Assembly (NCBI GenBank): GCA_964458655.1
Contig: CAYWJT010000007.1
Span: 1-60,855 of the forward strand
Length of the DNA stretch: 60,855 bases
DNA from: an uncultured Eubacteriales bacterium
Lineage (GTDB): Bacteria > Acidobacteriota > Aminicenantia > Aminicenantales > Saccharicenantaceae
Reading direction: 5' to 3'
Shown here: in pieces, positions 1-11,276 of the stretch
Layout of the letters: each line of letters starts with the position of its first letter
Numbering within the stretch: position 1 is the stretch's first letter
The notes under the pieces: generated by a model
The model's input: only the letters and a program-made list of their open reading frames with translations
What the model was told of the DNA's origin: nothing
Databases searched by the model: none
Position numbers and translations under genes: made by a program

Positions 1-2
1 AT

Positions 3-54
3 GGCGGCACCTATCATAGCCCATCGTGTCACCTATGTATCTGAACGAGCTCAG
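3..54. repeat. 52-bp terminal repeat, exact reverse complement of 60804-60855; probable end of a multicopy IS (IS481-like, inferred)
   Basis: ggcggcacctatcatagcccatcgtgtcacctatgtatctgaacgagctcag matches the reverse complement of the last 52 bases exactly; identity stops at position 55. Confidence 0.9.
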
Positions 55-90
55 CAAAAACAAACGGGAAACAAACGGGACGTGTGTCCG

Positions 91-134
91 GTACCTGGTA
101 CCTCGGGTACCAGGTACGCGAGGTGCCAGGTACC
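91..134. repeat. GGTACC-rich palindromic REP-like hairpin
   Basis: gtacctggtacc-tcg-ggtaccaggtac is a perfect 12-bp stem, followed by a third unit ggtgccaggtacc (122-134). Confidence 0.7.
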
Positions 135-322
135 GCCTGATAAATCCTTACTTGCGCCCTGCTTATGATGTTCCTGGCCATAAGTTATTAATATAAAAGC
201 AATAAGACAATAACCTAAGGGGCAAGTCTGCCCTTCCCTTCCGCGGCCCTTCGGTTGTATAATCAGGGGGCGGTCCCTGAAGCGGGGCGCCGTTCAAGGA
301 AGACAAGGCGGGGAGGATTGAG

Positions 323-2152
<1,830 letters not shown>

Positions 2153-2279
2153 TTTGGTACCGGGCACCTGAGACGTAATCGGGTATATAATAGGCGTCCG
2201 AGCATAAAACATGTTCTCGAGAGCGTCATTAAGAGGGAGGCTGTTTTCGGGCCTCTTTTCAGCTTGATAGGAGGATACA

Positions 2280-3236
2280 ATGAGGGAAAAGCGGCCACAA
2301 AACATATTCAATATCTTTAGCTTACGGGCGAGAACCTGCCCGGCCGCAGCCGTGACTTCCGGCACGGCTGCACCGCCGCGTTCCCGTATCGCGATCCGTT
2401 CGGCCGCGCGACCCACGGCCCTCCCTGCAGCCCGCCCCGCCGCCCTAATCTCTCTCGCCCTTGTTTTCCTGTTCATAGCCGTGCCCGCGGCCTTCTCCGC
2501 GCGCGCTGACTCCGCTTCAAACCGCGCCGACGGCCAGTCCGCGAAGGTCGTCTTCGACAAGAAGGTCCACGACTTCGGGCCCATCAAGGACGGCGCCGTA
2601 GTCGAGGCCAGGTTCGAATTCCGGAACGAGGGCGACGCGCCGCTCGTCATCGAAAGGGTGGATACTAGCTGCGGCTGCACCGCGGCCGTGCTCTCGGAGC
2701 GGAACATCGCGCCGGGCAAGAAAGGCGTCCTCAAGGCCACCTTCGACAGCCGCGGCTACCAGGGCCCGGTGACCAAGTACATCTTCGTCACGACCAACGA
2801 CCCCCAAGCGCCGCGCGCCGAGCTTCAGATAAAAGCCGACGTCCGGGGCGAGCCCGGTCCCAAGATCGAGCTCGACAACTACAACCTCGACCTCGGCCTT
2901 AGCCTCGAGGGCGAGGAACCGACGGCCTCGGTGCTCATCAGCAACACCGGCCAGAAAGACCTTCGTATCGAGATAACGCACCCGGAGATAAGGTTCTTCG
3001 CCGACGGCAAGCCCGTCACCTTCCCGCTGTTCATCCGGCCCGGCAAGGAACGCCGCATCGAGTTCCGTTTCACGCCTCAGGCGCGCACCGGCCCCCTCCG
3101 CGATTACGTCCTCATCAAATCCAACGATCAGGTCCGCGCCACCCTTTCCGTCTACGTCAGCCGCTACGTCCTGACGAGGAAGGAGCTCAAGGAGCTCTTC
3201 GAGAGATATAAGAAGGTCCTTGAAGAGATAAAGTGA
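2280..3236 (+). CDS. Secreted/periplasmic protein with DUF1573 (Ig-like) domains
   Basis: aggagga RBS before ATG; hydrophobic signal segment; FxFxNxGDAPLxI..SCGCT motif typical of DUF1573, with a second degenerate copy. Confidence 0.75.
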   Translation: MREKRPQNIFNIFSLRARTCPAAAVTSGTAAPPRSRIAIRSAARPTALPAARPAALISLALVFLFIAVPAAFSARADSASNRADGQSAKVVFDKKVHDFGPIKDGAVVEARFEFRNEGDAPLVIERVDTSCGCTAAVLSERNIAPGKKGVLKATFDSRGYQGPVTKYIFVTTNDPQAPRAELQIKADVRGEPGPKIELDNYNLDLGLSLEGEEPTASVLISNTGQKDLRIEITHPEIRFFADGKPVTFPLFIRPGKERRIEFRFTPQARTGPLRDYVLIKSNDQVRATLSVYVSRYVLTRKELKELFERYKKVLEEIK

Positions 3237-3451
3237 TTCTCACCGTCAAGGTCCAGCCGAAGTCGAGCCGCCCGGGCGTCGAGAAGCTCAGCGACCGCGA
3301 GTTCCGGGTCCGCGTCCGCTCCGCGCCCGAGAAGGGCCGGGCCAACAAGGAGACGGCCGAGCTCCTGGCCGCATTCCTCGGCGTCCCGGCCTCGCGGCTC
3401 AAGCTCGTCCGGGGCGCCTCCTCCAGCCTGAAATGGTTCGAACTCGGATAG
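3233..3451 (+). CDS. DUF167 (YggU-like) family protein
   Basis: VKVQPKSSR...VRVRSAPEKGRANKE...GASSSLK pattern; GTG start overlaps the upstream stop. Confidence 0.85.
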   Translation: MILTVKVQPKSSRPGVEKLSDREFRVRVRSAPEKGRANKETAELLAAFLGVPASRLKLVRGASSSLKWFELG

Positions 3452-3464
3452 CGGAGGCCGGGCG

Positions 3465-4775
3465 GTGAGCGCTTACAACCTGGTCAGCTTCGCCGGCGTC
3501 TTCATCATCGCCGCCTGCGCCTGGCTCCTGTCCTCGAACCGCCGCGTCGTCAACTTCCGCGTGGTCGCTTGGGGCATCGGCCTTCAGCTTCTGTTCGCCT
3601 TCTTCGTCTTCATCGTCCCCGCCGGCACCAAACTCTTCCTCTGGATAAACGACGCCGTGGTCGTGGTCCTCAACTCGGCCACGGCCGGGACGCGCTTCGT
3701 CTTCGGCCGGCTGGCCCTGCCGCCGGGCGCCGTGAATGAAGCGGGCGAGGCTTCGCTCGGCTATATCCTTGCTTTTCAAGGACTTCCGACCATCATCTTC
3801 TTCGCCGCCCTGGTCGAGGCCCTGTATTTCCTGCGCGTCATGCCCTTCGTCATCAAGCTCTTCGGCCGCCTCTTTTCGAGGCTCATGCGCGTGAGCGGGG
3901 CGGAGTCGCTGGCCGTGGCCTCGAACATCTTCGTGGGCGTCGAGTCGGCCATCGTCGTCAAGCCCCACCTCAAGGAGATGACCCGCTCCGAGCTCGGCAC
4001 CATCCTGACCGCGGGCATGGGCACCATCGCCTCGACCGTGCTCGCCCTCTACGTGCTCCTGCTCCAGAAGAGCATCCCGACCATCGCCGGCCACCTCGTC
4101 TCAGCCTCCATCCTGTCCGCGCCGGCCTGCATCCTCACGGCCAAGCTCATGATGCCGGAAACGGAGCGGCCGACCACCCTCGGCGTGAAAGTCGAGCCGC
4201 ACTACGAGCGGGCCGACAACATCGTCATGGCCCTCATCAACGGCGCCGGCGACGGCCTCAAGCTCCTCGGGGGCATCATCGCCCTGCTCATCGCCTTCCT
4301 GGGCGTCCTGGCCCTGGTCAACATGCTCCTAGGCATGGCCGGCGGCGCCCTGAACAACCTGTTCGGCTGGCACGCGAACTGGTCGCTCGAAACGCTGCTC
4401 GGATACGTCTTCTATCCCTTCACGCTTCTCATCGGCGTCCCGCCCTCGGACGCTGCCGCCGTGGCTAGGATCATCGGCGAGCGGACCGTGACGACCGAGG
4501 TCGTGTCCTACACGGAGCTGGCCCGGCTCATCGCCGACGGCCGGCTCCACGACCCGCGCTCGGCCATCATCGCCTCCTACGCCCTGTGCGGCTTCGCCCA
4601 CGTGGCCTCGCTCGCCATCTTCATCGGGGGCACCGGCGCCCTGGCCCCGTCGCGCCTGCGCGACCTGTCGCGCGTCGGCTTGCGGGCCCTCCTGGCCGCC
4701 GTGCTCGCCACCCTGATGACCGGGGCCGTGGCCGGGGCCTTCTACACCGGCGGCTCCTTCTTCTTAGTCAAGTAG
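3465..4775 (+). CDS. nupC: Concentrative nucleoside transporter (CNT/NupC family)
   Basis: LPTIIFFAAL, ASNIFVG, YALCGFAH motifs; multiple TM segments. Confidence 0.9.
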   Translation: MSAYNLVSFAGVFIIAACAWLLSSNRRVVNFRVVAWGIGLQLLFAFFVFIVPAGTKLFLWINDAVVVVLNSATAGTRFVFGRLALPPGAVNEAGEASLGYILAFQGLPTIIFFAALVEALYFLRVMPFVIKLFGRLFSRLMRVSGAESLAVASNIFVGVESAIVVKPHLKEMTRSELGTILTAGMGTIASTVLALYVLLLQKSIPTIAGHLVSASILSAPACILTAKLMMPETERPTTLGVKVEPHYERADNIVMALINGAGDGLKLLGGIIALLIAFLGVLALVNMLLGMAGGALNNLFGWHANWSLETLLGYVFYPFTLLIGVPPSDAAAVARIIGERTVTTEVVSYTELARLIADGRLHDPRSAIIASYALCGFAHVASLAIFIGGTGALAPSRLRDLSRVGLRALLAAVLATLMTGAVAGAFYTGGSFFLVK

Positions 4776-5165
4776 TCCGGGACCGGAGTCGCGCGCCGAA
4801 AAAACCCGGCCGCCGTGCGGCAAGCCATAATTCATCGCGCTCACGTCGCGGGTCGGGAACGCGAATCGGAAACGCCGGTCACTTCCGTATCCCCAGGGAA
4901 ACGCCGTCCGCGAGGCCGAAGGCAGGCCGGCCGGCAGACAGGCCGGGGAACAAGCCTGCTGAACGCGGGCGCGCTAATAAGGGCTCGCTCTACGAACAAG
5001 GGGGAGTTTAGAAAATCCATGGAGATGCGTATGGAAACTTACATTGAAACGGCCGCGGCCCGGCGGCCGGAGAAATATCGGCGAAACTCCTTATTGGCAT
5101 CAGAGCGACGGCCCCTGAAAAAATCGCCCCGGCCCGTTCGTCAAGTCCTGTGGGAGGACCAGGCC

Positions 5166-6272
5166 TTGGAGGACGCGAAGCTCGAGCTGCTCGCTTTCCA
5201 CCTGCTGTTCGCGGCCTATCCCGGCCAGGCCGCCCTGGCGCTCAAGCGCTTCGGCTCCGTGTCGGCCGCGCTCCGGGCCGGGCCGGCCGCGGCCCTGGAA
5301 GCCGGCCTTCCCGAGTTCGTCTGCAAGTCCCTCCGCGACGGCGGGATTCTCGAGCGGGCCGCCTCGGAATTGGAAAAAATCCGCAAAAACGGGTATCATC
5401 TGCTCTCCTTCGAGGACGAGGCCTACCCGGAATATCTCAAGGAAATAACCGGCCCGCCGGCTCTGCTCTACGTGGCGGGAAGGCCGGAGGCCCTGGCCCA
5501 GCCGGCCGTGGCCTTGGTCGGTTCGCGCCGGCCGAGCCCTTACGGGCTGGCCGTGGCCGAGAAGCTCGCGACCGAGCTGGCCGGCCGCGGCTGTGTCATC
5601 GTGAGCGGCCTCGCCCTCGGGATAGACGCCGCCGCCCACTGGGGCGCGCTGCGGCGGGGAGGCGTGACGGTGGCCGTCCTCGGCTCCGGCCTGGACGTCC
5701 CCTACCCGCGCGCGAACCGCAGCCTTTACGGGAAGATCGCGGAGAAGGGCGCGGTCGTCTCGGAGTTCCCGCTGGGGACGCGGCCGCACGCGCTGAACTT
5801 CCCGGTGCGCAACAGGCTGATAAGCGGCCTCTCGCTCGGCGTGGTCGTGGTCGAGGCGGCCGGCCGCAGCGGCGCGCTCATCACGGCCAAGTTCGCCCTG
5901 GAGCAGGACCGCGAGGTGATGGCCGTGCCCGGGAGCGTCACGAACGAGCTCAGCCGCGGACCGCACGGCCTGATCAAGGACGGGGCGCGCCTGGTCGAGG
6001 GCTGGGAGGACGTCGCCGAGGGGCTGCCCTCGCCTTGGAAGGAGAAACTGCTTGCGCAAAAGGACGCGAATGTGGACAATAATCAGGTTTTCCTGACGGC
6101 GGAGGGACGCAAACTGCTGGAGCTGGTCCCGGCGGACGGGACGGCGGCTGTGGACGAGCTGGCCGAGCGCGCCGACCTTTCACTGCCGAAGCTCCTTTCG
6201 CTCCTTCTCGAGCTCGAGCTCCAGGGAGCCGTCGTCCAGCGCCCCGGGAAGATGTTCCAGAGGAGACTGTAA
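5166..6272 (+). CDS. dprA: DNA-processing protein DprA (Smf)
   Basis: VALVGSRRPSPYG, VSGLALGIDAAAH, NFPVRNRLISGLS, EAAGRSGALITA; TTG start chosen from the ggagg RBS (ORF track start at 4815 looks over-extended). Confidence 0.92.
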   Translation: MEDAKLELLAFHLLFAAYPGQAALALKRFGSVSAALRAGPAAALEAGLPEFVCKSLRDGGILERAASELEKIRKNGYHLLSFEDEAYPEYLKEITGPPALLYVAGRPEALAQPAVALVGSRRPSPYGLAVAEKLATELAGRGCVIVSGLALGIDAAAHWGALRRGGVTVAVLGSGLDVPYPRANRSLYGKIAEKGAVVSEFPLGTRPHALNFPVRNRLISGLSLGVVVVEAAGRSGALITAKFALEQDREVMAVPGSVTNELSRGPHGLIKDGARLVEGWEDVAEGLPSPWKEKLLAQKDANVDNNQVFLTAEGRKLLELVPADGTAAVDELAERADLSLPKLLSLLLELELQGAVVQRPGKMFQRRL

Positions 6273-8840
6273 GTGGCAAGATCGCTCGTCATCGTGGAAT
6301 CGCCGGCCAAGGCCAAGACCATAAACCACTATCTCGGCTCGGGCTACGTCGTCAAAGCCTCGATGGGCCACGTCTGCGACCTGCCCCAAAAGAAGCTCGG
6401 CGTCGACATCAAGAAGGACTTCGAGCCGACCTACCAGGTCATACCGGAGAAGAAGAAGCTCGTCGTCGAGCTGAAGAAGGCGGCCCGCGAGGCCGAACGG
6501 GTCATCCTGGCGGCCGACCCGGACCGCGAGGGCGAAGCCATCTGCTGGCACCTGAGCCAGCTCATCAAGGACGACAACAGCAACGTCTTCCGGGCCGTTT
6601 TCCACGAGGTGACGCGCGACGCCGTGCAGGCGGCCTTCGAAAAGCCGGGCTCGCTCGACAAGAACCTAATCGACGCCCAACAGACACGCCGCATCCTCGA
6701 CCGCCTGGTCGGCTACCTGATCAGCCCGCTGCTCTGGAAGAAGATCGGCAAGGGCCTGAGCGCCGGCCGCGTCCAGTCGGTGGCCCTGCGCCTGATCTGC
6801 GAGCGCGAGAAGGAGATCAAGGCCTTCAAGCCCGAGGAGTACTGGACGCTTACGGCCCTGCTCCGGGCCCAGAACCCTCCCGAGTTCAAGGCCGGGCTGG
6901 CCAAGGTCGACGGCAAGAAGGTCAGGCTGAAGAACGAGGCCCAGGCCCGGGAGGCCCAGGCCGACTGCGAGAAGGCGGCCTTCGTCCTGAAGAAGGTCAC
7001 GGTCAGAGAAAAGCGCAAGACGCCGGCCCCGCCGTTCATAACGAGCACCCTCCAGCAGGAGGCCTTCCGCATCCTGCATTACCCTGTTAAGAAGACGATG
7101 AGCGTCGCCCAGCGCCTGTACGAGGGCCTGAACGTGGGCGAGGCCGGCCAGACCGGTCTCATCACCTACATGCGCACCGACTCGATCCGGGTCTCGGAGC
7201 AGGCGGCGGCCGCGGCCCGCAAGTATATCGAGCAGGCCTTTTCGCCGGCTTACGTTCCGGCCAAGCCGCACGTGTTCAAGAACCCGAAAAAATCGCAGGA
7301 CGCCCACGAGGCCATCCGACCGACGCGGCTCGACCTGCCCCCGGAGAAGATCAAGTCCTACCTGAAGAAGGACGAGTACGACCTTTACCGGCTGGTCTGG
7401 AACCGCTTCCTGGCTTCCCAGATGGCGCCGGCGCTGGTCGAAGAAACGGAGTTCGAGATACTGGCATCGAGGCGTCCGCAAGCGGGCGCCGCGGCGGCGC
7501 CCGGCGCCGCCCTGATCGTTGAAGCGGGCGCGAAAATCGCCGCCAAGAAGCCGGTCGAGTACCTGTTCAAGGCCAAGGGCGAGGTCGTCAAGTTCGACGG
7601 CTTCCTGGCGGTCTTCCCCTCGAACGGCAACGACAAGGAGCTCCTGCCGAAGGCTTCGGAGGGCGAGGAGCTCAGGCTCGTCGGCCTCGACACCAAGCAG
7701 AATTTCACCCAGCCGCCCCCGCGCTACACCGAAGGCACGCTGGTCAAGGAGCTCGAGTCGCGCGGCATCGGCCGGCCGAGCACGTACGCGCCCATCATCT
7801 CGACCCTTCAGGACAGGACGTACGTCGTCAAGGAGAAGGGCAAGTTCCGGCCCACCGACCTGGGCATGTACGTCACTAACTTCCTTATCAAGCACTTCGA
7901 GAAGCTGATGGACTACGAGTTCACGGCCAGGATGGAGGAGGAGCTCGACCAGGTGGAGGAGGGCGGCCGTGGCTGGGTCGAGAGCCTGCGCGAGTTCTAC
8001 GGCCTGCTCGAGAAGTATCTCAAGGGCGGCCACGAGAGCGAGAGCATTACGCGCACCGGCATACCCATAGAGGAGAAGTGCCCCAAGTGCGGCCGCGGCC
8101 TGGTCATCAAGAGCGGACGGTTCGGCCGTTTCAAGTCCTGCTCCGGCTACCCGGAATGCGATTATCGGGAGAGCCTGGTCAAGAAGGAAGTCAAGGTCCT
8201 CGAGGAGAAGTGCCCTAAGTGCGGTTCGCCGCTCGTCCAGAGGTTCGGAAGGTACGGCGCCTTTGTGGCCTGCTCCAACTACCCGGCGTGCGAATACATC
8301 AAGAAGGAGAACTCGGACACGGGCGTGGCCTGCCCGCTCGGCTGCGGCGGCAAGGTCATGCGGCGGAAGACTCGGCGCGGGAAGTTCTTCTACGGGTGCA
8401 GCAGGTATCCCGAGTGCAAGTTCGCTTCCTGGGACGAGCCGGTCGTCGCGCCCTGCCCGTCGTGCGGGGCGCCGGTCCTCTACAGGAAAGTGCCGGCCAA
8501 GGGCGCGCCTTGCCTTTACTGCAAGAACGAGAAGTGCGGCTGGAAGGAAAAGGCCGGGGACGCCGGGAAGGGGAGCGGACCGGAAAAGGGCGCGACGCCG
8601 GAGAAATCCGGCGCGCCCGGAAAGGAAACGGGGAGCAGCGGGGACGCGGGCAAGGCGTTGGAGAAAAGCAAACCGGCCGAACCGGGAAAAGAGTTCGAGA
8701 AAAGCCAGGCGGATGACCCGGAAAAGGGTGGGCTGGCTGAAAGAACAGGCGAGTCGCCGAAAGAACCGGGAACGACGCCGAACGAACGAGGAGAGCCCGG
8801 CGGAGTCGGTGAGCCGGCCGACGCGGGGAAAAAGGGATAG
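6273..8840 (+). CDS. topA: DNA topoisomerase I with four C4 zinc-ribbon repeats and a low-complexity tail
   Basis: LVIVESPAKAKTI TOPRIM, DPDREGE, SAGRVQS, ITYMRTDS active-site Tyr, AHEAIRPT. Confidence 0.97.
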   Translation: MARSLVIVESPAKAKTINHYLGSGYVVKASMGHVCDLPQKKLGVDIKKDFEPTYQVIPEKKKLVVELKKAAREAERVILAADPDREGEAICWHLSQLIKDDNSNVFRAVFHEVTRDAVQAAFEKPGSLDKNLIDAQQTRRILDRLVGYLISPLLWKKIGKGLSAGRVQSVALRLICEREKEIKAFKPEEYWTLTALLRAQNPPEFKAGLAKVDGKKVRLKNEAQAREAQADCEKAAFVLKKVTVREKRKTPAPPFITSTLQQEAFRILHYPVKKTMSVAQRLYEGLNVGEAGQTGLITYMRTDSIRVSEQAAAAARKYIEQAFSPAYVPAKPHVFKNPKKSQDAHEAIRPTRLDLPPEKIKSYLKKDEYDLYRLVWNRFLASQMAPALVEETEFEILASRRPQAGAAAAPGAALIVEAGAKIAAKKPVEYLFKAKGEVVKFDGFLAVFPSNGNDKELLPKASEGEELRLVGLDTKQNFTQPPPRYTEGTLVKELESRGIGRPSTYAPIISTLQDRTYVVKEKGKFRPTDLGMYVTNFLIKHFEKLMDYEFTARMEEELDQVEEGGRGWVESLREFYGLLEKYLKGGHESESITRTGIPIEEKCPKCGRGLVIKSGRFGRFKSCSGYPECDYRESLVKKEVKVLEEKCPKCGSPLVQRFGRYGAFVACSNYPACEYIKKENSDTGVACPLGCGGKVMRRKTRRGKFFYGCSRYPECKFASWDEPVVAPCPSCGAPVLYRKVPAKGAPCLYCKNEKCGWKEKAGDAGKGSGPEKGATPEKSGAPGKETGSSGDAGKALEKSKPAEPGKEFEKSQADDPEKGGLAERTGESPKEPGTTPNERGEPGGVGEPADAGKKG

Positions 8841-9063
8841 CAGGACCGCAAGATTACGGTCGCGGGACGAAGGCGGTTCACGGCTCGGGACAAAGGCGTG
8901 AACGGAGCGCGGGGGCCGGGAAGCGCTTCGCGGCGGGCCCGCCGAGGGGATTAGACAGCGGGGCGGGCTGGACTGGTCTAAATGCAAACGTAACTGCGAG
9001 CTGCCCCGGTCCGTGACGCGACCTGGGCTGTCGTGGTACATTAGCCACGGACTGCCGAATAAT

Positions 9064-9969
9064 ATGAAGCGGGAAATAACCGAGTTCCTCCAGTACCTCA
9101 GGCACGAGAAGAACGCCTCGGTCCACACGATCGCGGCCTACGGCCGCGACTTGAAGGAGCTTGAAACCTACTTCAAGGAGGCCGGGGTCCGTTGGGACCG
9201 GGCCGACAACGTCAGCCTGCGCGGCTTCCTGGCCGGCCTGTACGAGAAGAAGCGCAAGAAATCCTCCATCGGGCGCAAGCTGGCCGCGGTCCGCTCCTTC
9301 TATGATTTCTGCGTCAGAAGGAAGCGACTGGCCGAGAACCCGGCCGGGCTGCTGGCGACTCCGCGCCAGGACAAGCGCGTGCCGTCGTTCCTTTCGGAGG
9401 ACGAGGTTTCGACCCTGCTCGACCTGCCGAAGGGCGGGAAGCCGGCCGACCTCAGGGACAGGGCGATGCTCGAGCTTCTCTACGCGAGCGGGATACGGGT
9501 GGGCGAGCTCGTCGGGCTGAACTTGGGCGACGTCCATTTGAGCGATCGATTCCTCAGGGTCAGAGGCAAGGGCAAGAAGGAGCGGGTGGTGCCGTTCGGG
9601 AGCAAGGCGGTCGATGCGATGGCGGACTACTTGAAGGCGAGGCCGATGCTGGCAGCCGCGGGGGAAAAGGCGGAGGCGGTCGAGGGCGTCGACCAGGCGG
9701 TGTTCCTGAACCGCGGCGGCGGACGGCTCACGGCGCGGTCGGTGCAGCGGATGGTCGCGAAATACATAAAGCGTACGGCCGTGGGGCGGAAGATAAGTCC
9801 GCATTCCCTGAGGCATTCCTTCGCCTCGCATCTGCTCGGAAGGGGCGCCGACCTCAGGGTCATCCAGGAATTGCTCGGGCACTCCAGCCTGGCGACGACG
9901 CAGAAGTACACGCACGTCGACTTGCGGCAACTCCTCGAGACCTACAAGAAAAGCCACCCCCGTTCTTAA
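9064..9969 (+). CDS. xerC: Tyrosine recombinase XerC/XerD
   Basis: ELLYASGIRVGEL, GKGKKERVVP, SPHSLRHSFASHLL, LLGHSSLATTQKYTH; in the dprA-topA-xer context. Confidence 0.9.
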   Translation: MKREITEFLQYLRHEKNASVHTIAAYGRDLKELETYFKEAGVRWDRADNVSLRGFLAGLYEKKRKKSSIGRKLAAVRSFYDFCVRRKRLAENPAGLLATPRQDKRVPSFLSEDEVSTLLDLPKGGKPADLRDRAMLELLYASGIRVGELVGLNLGDVHLSDRFLRVRGKGKKERVVPFGSKAVDAMADYLKARPMLAAAGEKAEAVEGVDQAVFLNRGGGRLTARSVQRMVAKYIKRTAVGRKISPHSLRHSFASHLLGRGADLRVIQELLGHSSLATTQKYTHVDLRQLLETYKKSHPRS

Positions 9970-9972
9970 AAA

Positions 9973-10134
9973 GGGGACAGTTTACTCATTCACCTAATTT
10001 CCATCATCCGGCGACAAGCGTCATAGTCTTCAGGAAGGCGTCCTGGCTTGGGCGCAGATGTCGGTGACCCCGGACGGCCATGGAGGCGACGGCCGAGCCT
10101 GCTTCAGCAGGCGCTAAATGAGTAAACTGTCCCC
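9973..10134. mobile_element. 162-bp MITE/REP-like element with 18-bp perfect terminal inverted repeats
   Basis: ggggacagtttactcatt (9973-9990) and aatgagtaaactgtcccc (10117-10134); internal hairpin gcctgc-ttca-gcaggc; no coding capacity. Confidence 0.65.
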
Positions 10135-10298
10135 ATTTTAATGACAACGGGAGTTCTGGCGGCACGGCCGTTGCGGCTACGCGCGTTGACGGAGGGCTGG
10201 GAGGAGCCGGTTTTAAGTGATTGTTAATGCACTAGTTAGCGCGGCGCCGGCGAATGGCATCGGGCTTGCTTTATAAGGGGCGAAAGGAGGTTCGTTCG

Positions 10299-10610
10299 AT
10301 GTTCTTAAAAACACGCGCAACTCTCAGTCTCGCCCTGGCCGTGGTGGTCTTCCTGGCGGCGGCCGGCGCGGCCCTGGCCCAGAGCGGCCCGGCCAAGGCC
10401 AAGGTCAACATCAACACGGCCACGGCCTCGGAGCTCGAAAGCTTGCCGAGGATAGGCCCCAAAGTCGCCCAGAGGATCGTCGACTACAGGACCCAGAACG
10501 GCAACTTCAAGAAGGTCGAGGACATCATGAAGGTCCGGGGCATAGGCGAAAAGCTCTTCGAGCAGATCAAGGACCGGATCACGGTCGGGCCTGAGAGCCA
10601 GGCGAAATAA
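10299..10610 (+). CDS. comEA: ComEA-family helix-hairpin-helix DNA-binding protein
   Basis: Signal peptide then KVNINTATASELESLPRIGPKVAQRIVDYR...VRGIGEK; aaggagg RBS. Confidence 0.9.
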   Translation: MFLKTRATLSLALAVVVFLAAAGAALAQSGPAKAKVNINTATASELESLPRIGPKVAQRIVDYRTQNGNFKKVEDIMKVRGIGEKLFEQIKDRITVGPESQAK

Positions 10611-10611
10611 C

Positions 10612-10636
10612 GGAAGGGGAGCCCCCTCCCCCTTCC
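10612..10636. terminator. Hairpin between convergent comEA and rdgB
   Basis: ggaagggg...ccccttcc 8-bp stem, without a clear U-tract. Confidence 0.45.
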
Positions 10637-10664
10637 CGCGGCCGGTCGGGCTCGCGCGGGAAAG

Positions 10665-11276
10665 CTAAGCGCGTTCCGCGAGATACTTTTCGAGGAAGGC
10701 CCTCAGCTTGCGCAGGGCCCGGCCGCGGTGGCTGACGGCGTTCTTTTCGTCGGGTGAAAGCTCGGCGAAAGTCCGGCGGAGGGGGTGGTAATAGAACACC
10801 GGGTCGTAGCCGAAGCCGTTATAGCCGCGCGGCTCGAAAGCGACCCGGCCGCGGACCTGTCCGCGCAGCTCCTTTATGATGCGTCCGTTCTCGGCCAGGG
10901 CCATGACCGAAACGAAGCGCGCCGCGCGGTCGCCGCGGCCGACGCCTCGGAGCAGGCGCAGGACCTTGCGGATGTTCTTCTCGTCCGAGGGAGCCGGGCT
11001 GGAGAAGCGCGCCGAGCGGACGCCCGGCGCTCCGCCGAGATAGGATATTTCCAGACCGGAGTCCTCCGCCAGCACCAGGCCGGCGACCTTCCGGCTGTAA
11101 TAGACCGCCTTGGCCCGGGCGTTATCGGAGAAAGTCTCGCCCCGCTCTTTGTAGGACGCGTCCGGCAGGGCCTGCCGCAGGCCGCGCACGCGCACCGGCA
11201 GGCCGCGGAGCAGCCGCCGGATCTCCCTTTCCTTGCCGGCGTTGGTGGTGGCGATGGTCAGGCCGAGCTCAGTCAA
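10665..11276 (-). CDS. rdgB: Non-canonical purine NTP pyrophosphatase (HAM1/RdgB)
   Basis: ATTNAGKERE, LAEDSGL, PGVRSARF, GFGYDPVF, KNAVSHRGRAL. Confidence 0.93.
   Translation of the reverse strand: MTELGLTIATTNAGKEREIRRLLRGLPVRVRGLRQALPDASYKERGETFSDNARAKAVYYSRKVAGLVLAEDSGLEISYLGGAPGVRSARFSSPAPSDEKNIRKVLRLLRGVGRGDRAARFVSVMALAENGRIIKELRGQVRGRVAFEPRGYNGFGYDPVFYYHPLRRTFAELSPDEKNAVSHRGRALRKLRAFLEKYLAERA

Noticed and set aside
240-322. glmS ribozyme upstream of glmS
   Set aside because: The AGCGCC cleavage-site and GACGAGG core motifs are not present, and the leader is too short.
4776-5165. N-terminal extension of DprA from 4815, or a hidden gene in the nupC-dprA gap
   Set aside because: The translation is Arg/Pro-rich junk; the RBS and homology begin at the TTG at 5166.
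9013-9969. xerC as the integrase of a prophage or island
   Set aside because: Its dprA-topA-xerC context and host-like codon usage mark it as the chromosomal recombinase; no att sites or phage genes are nearby.
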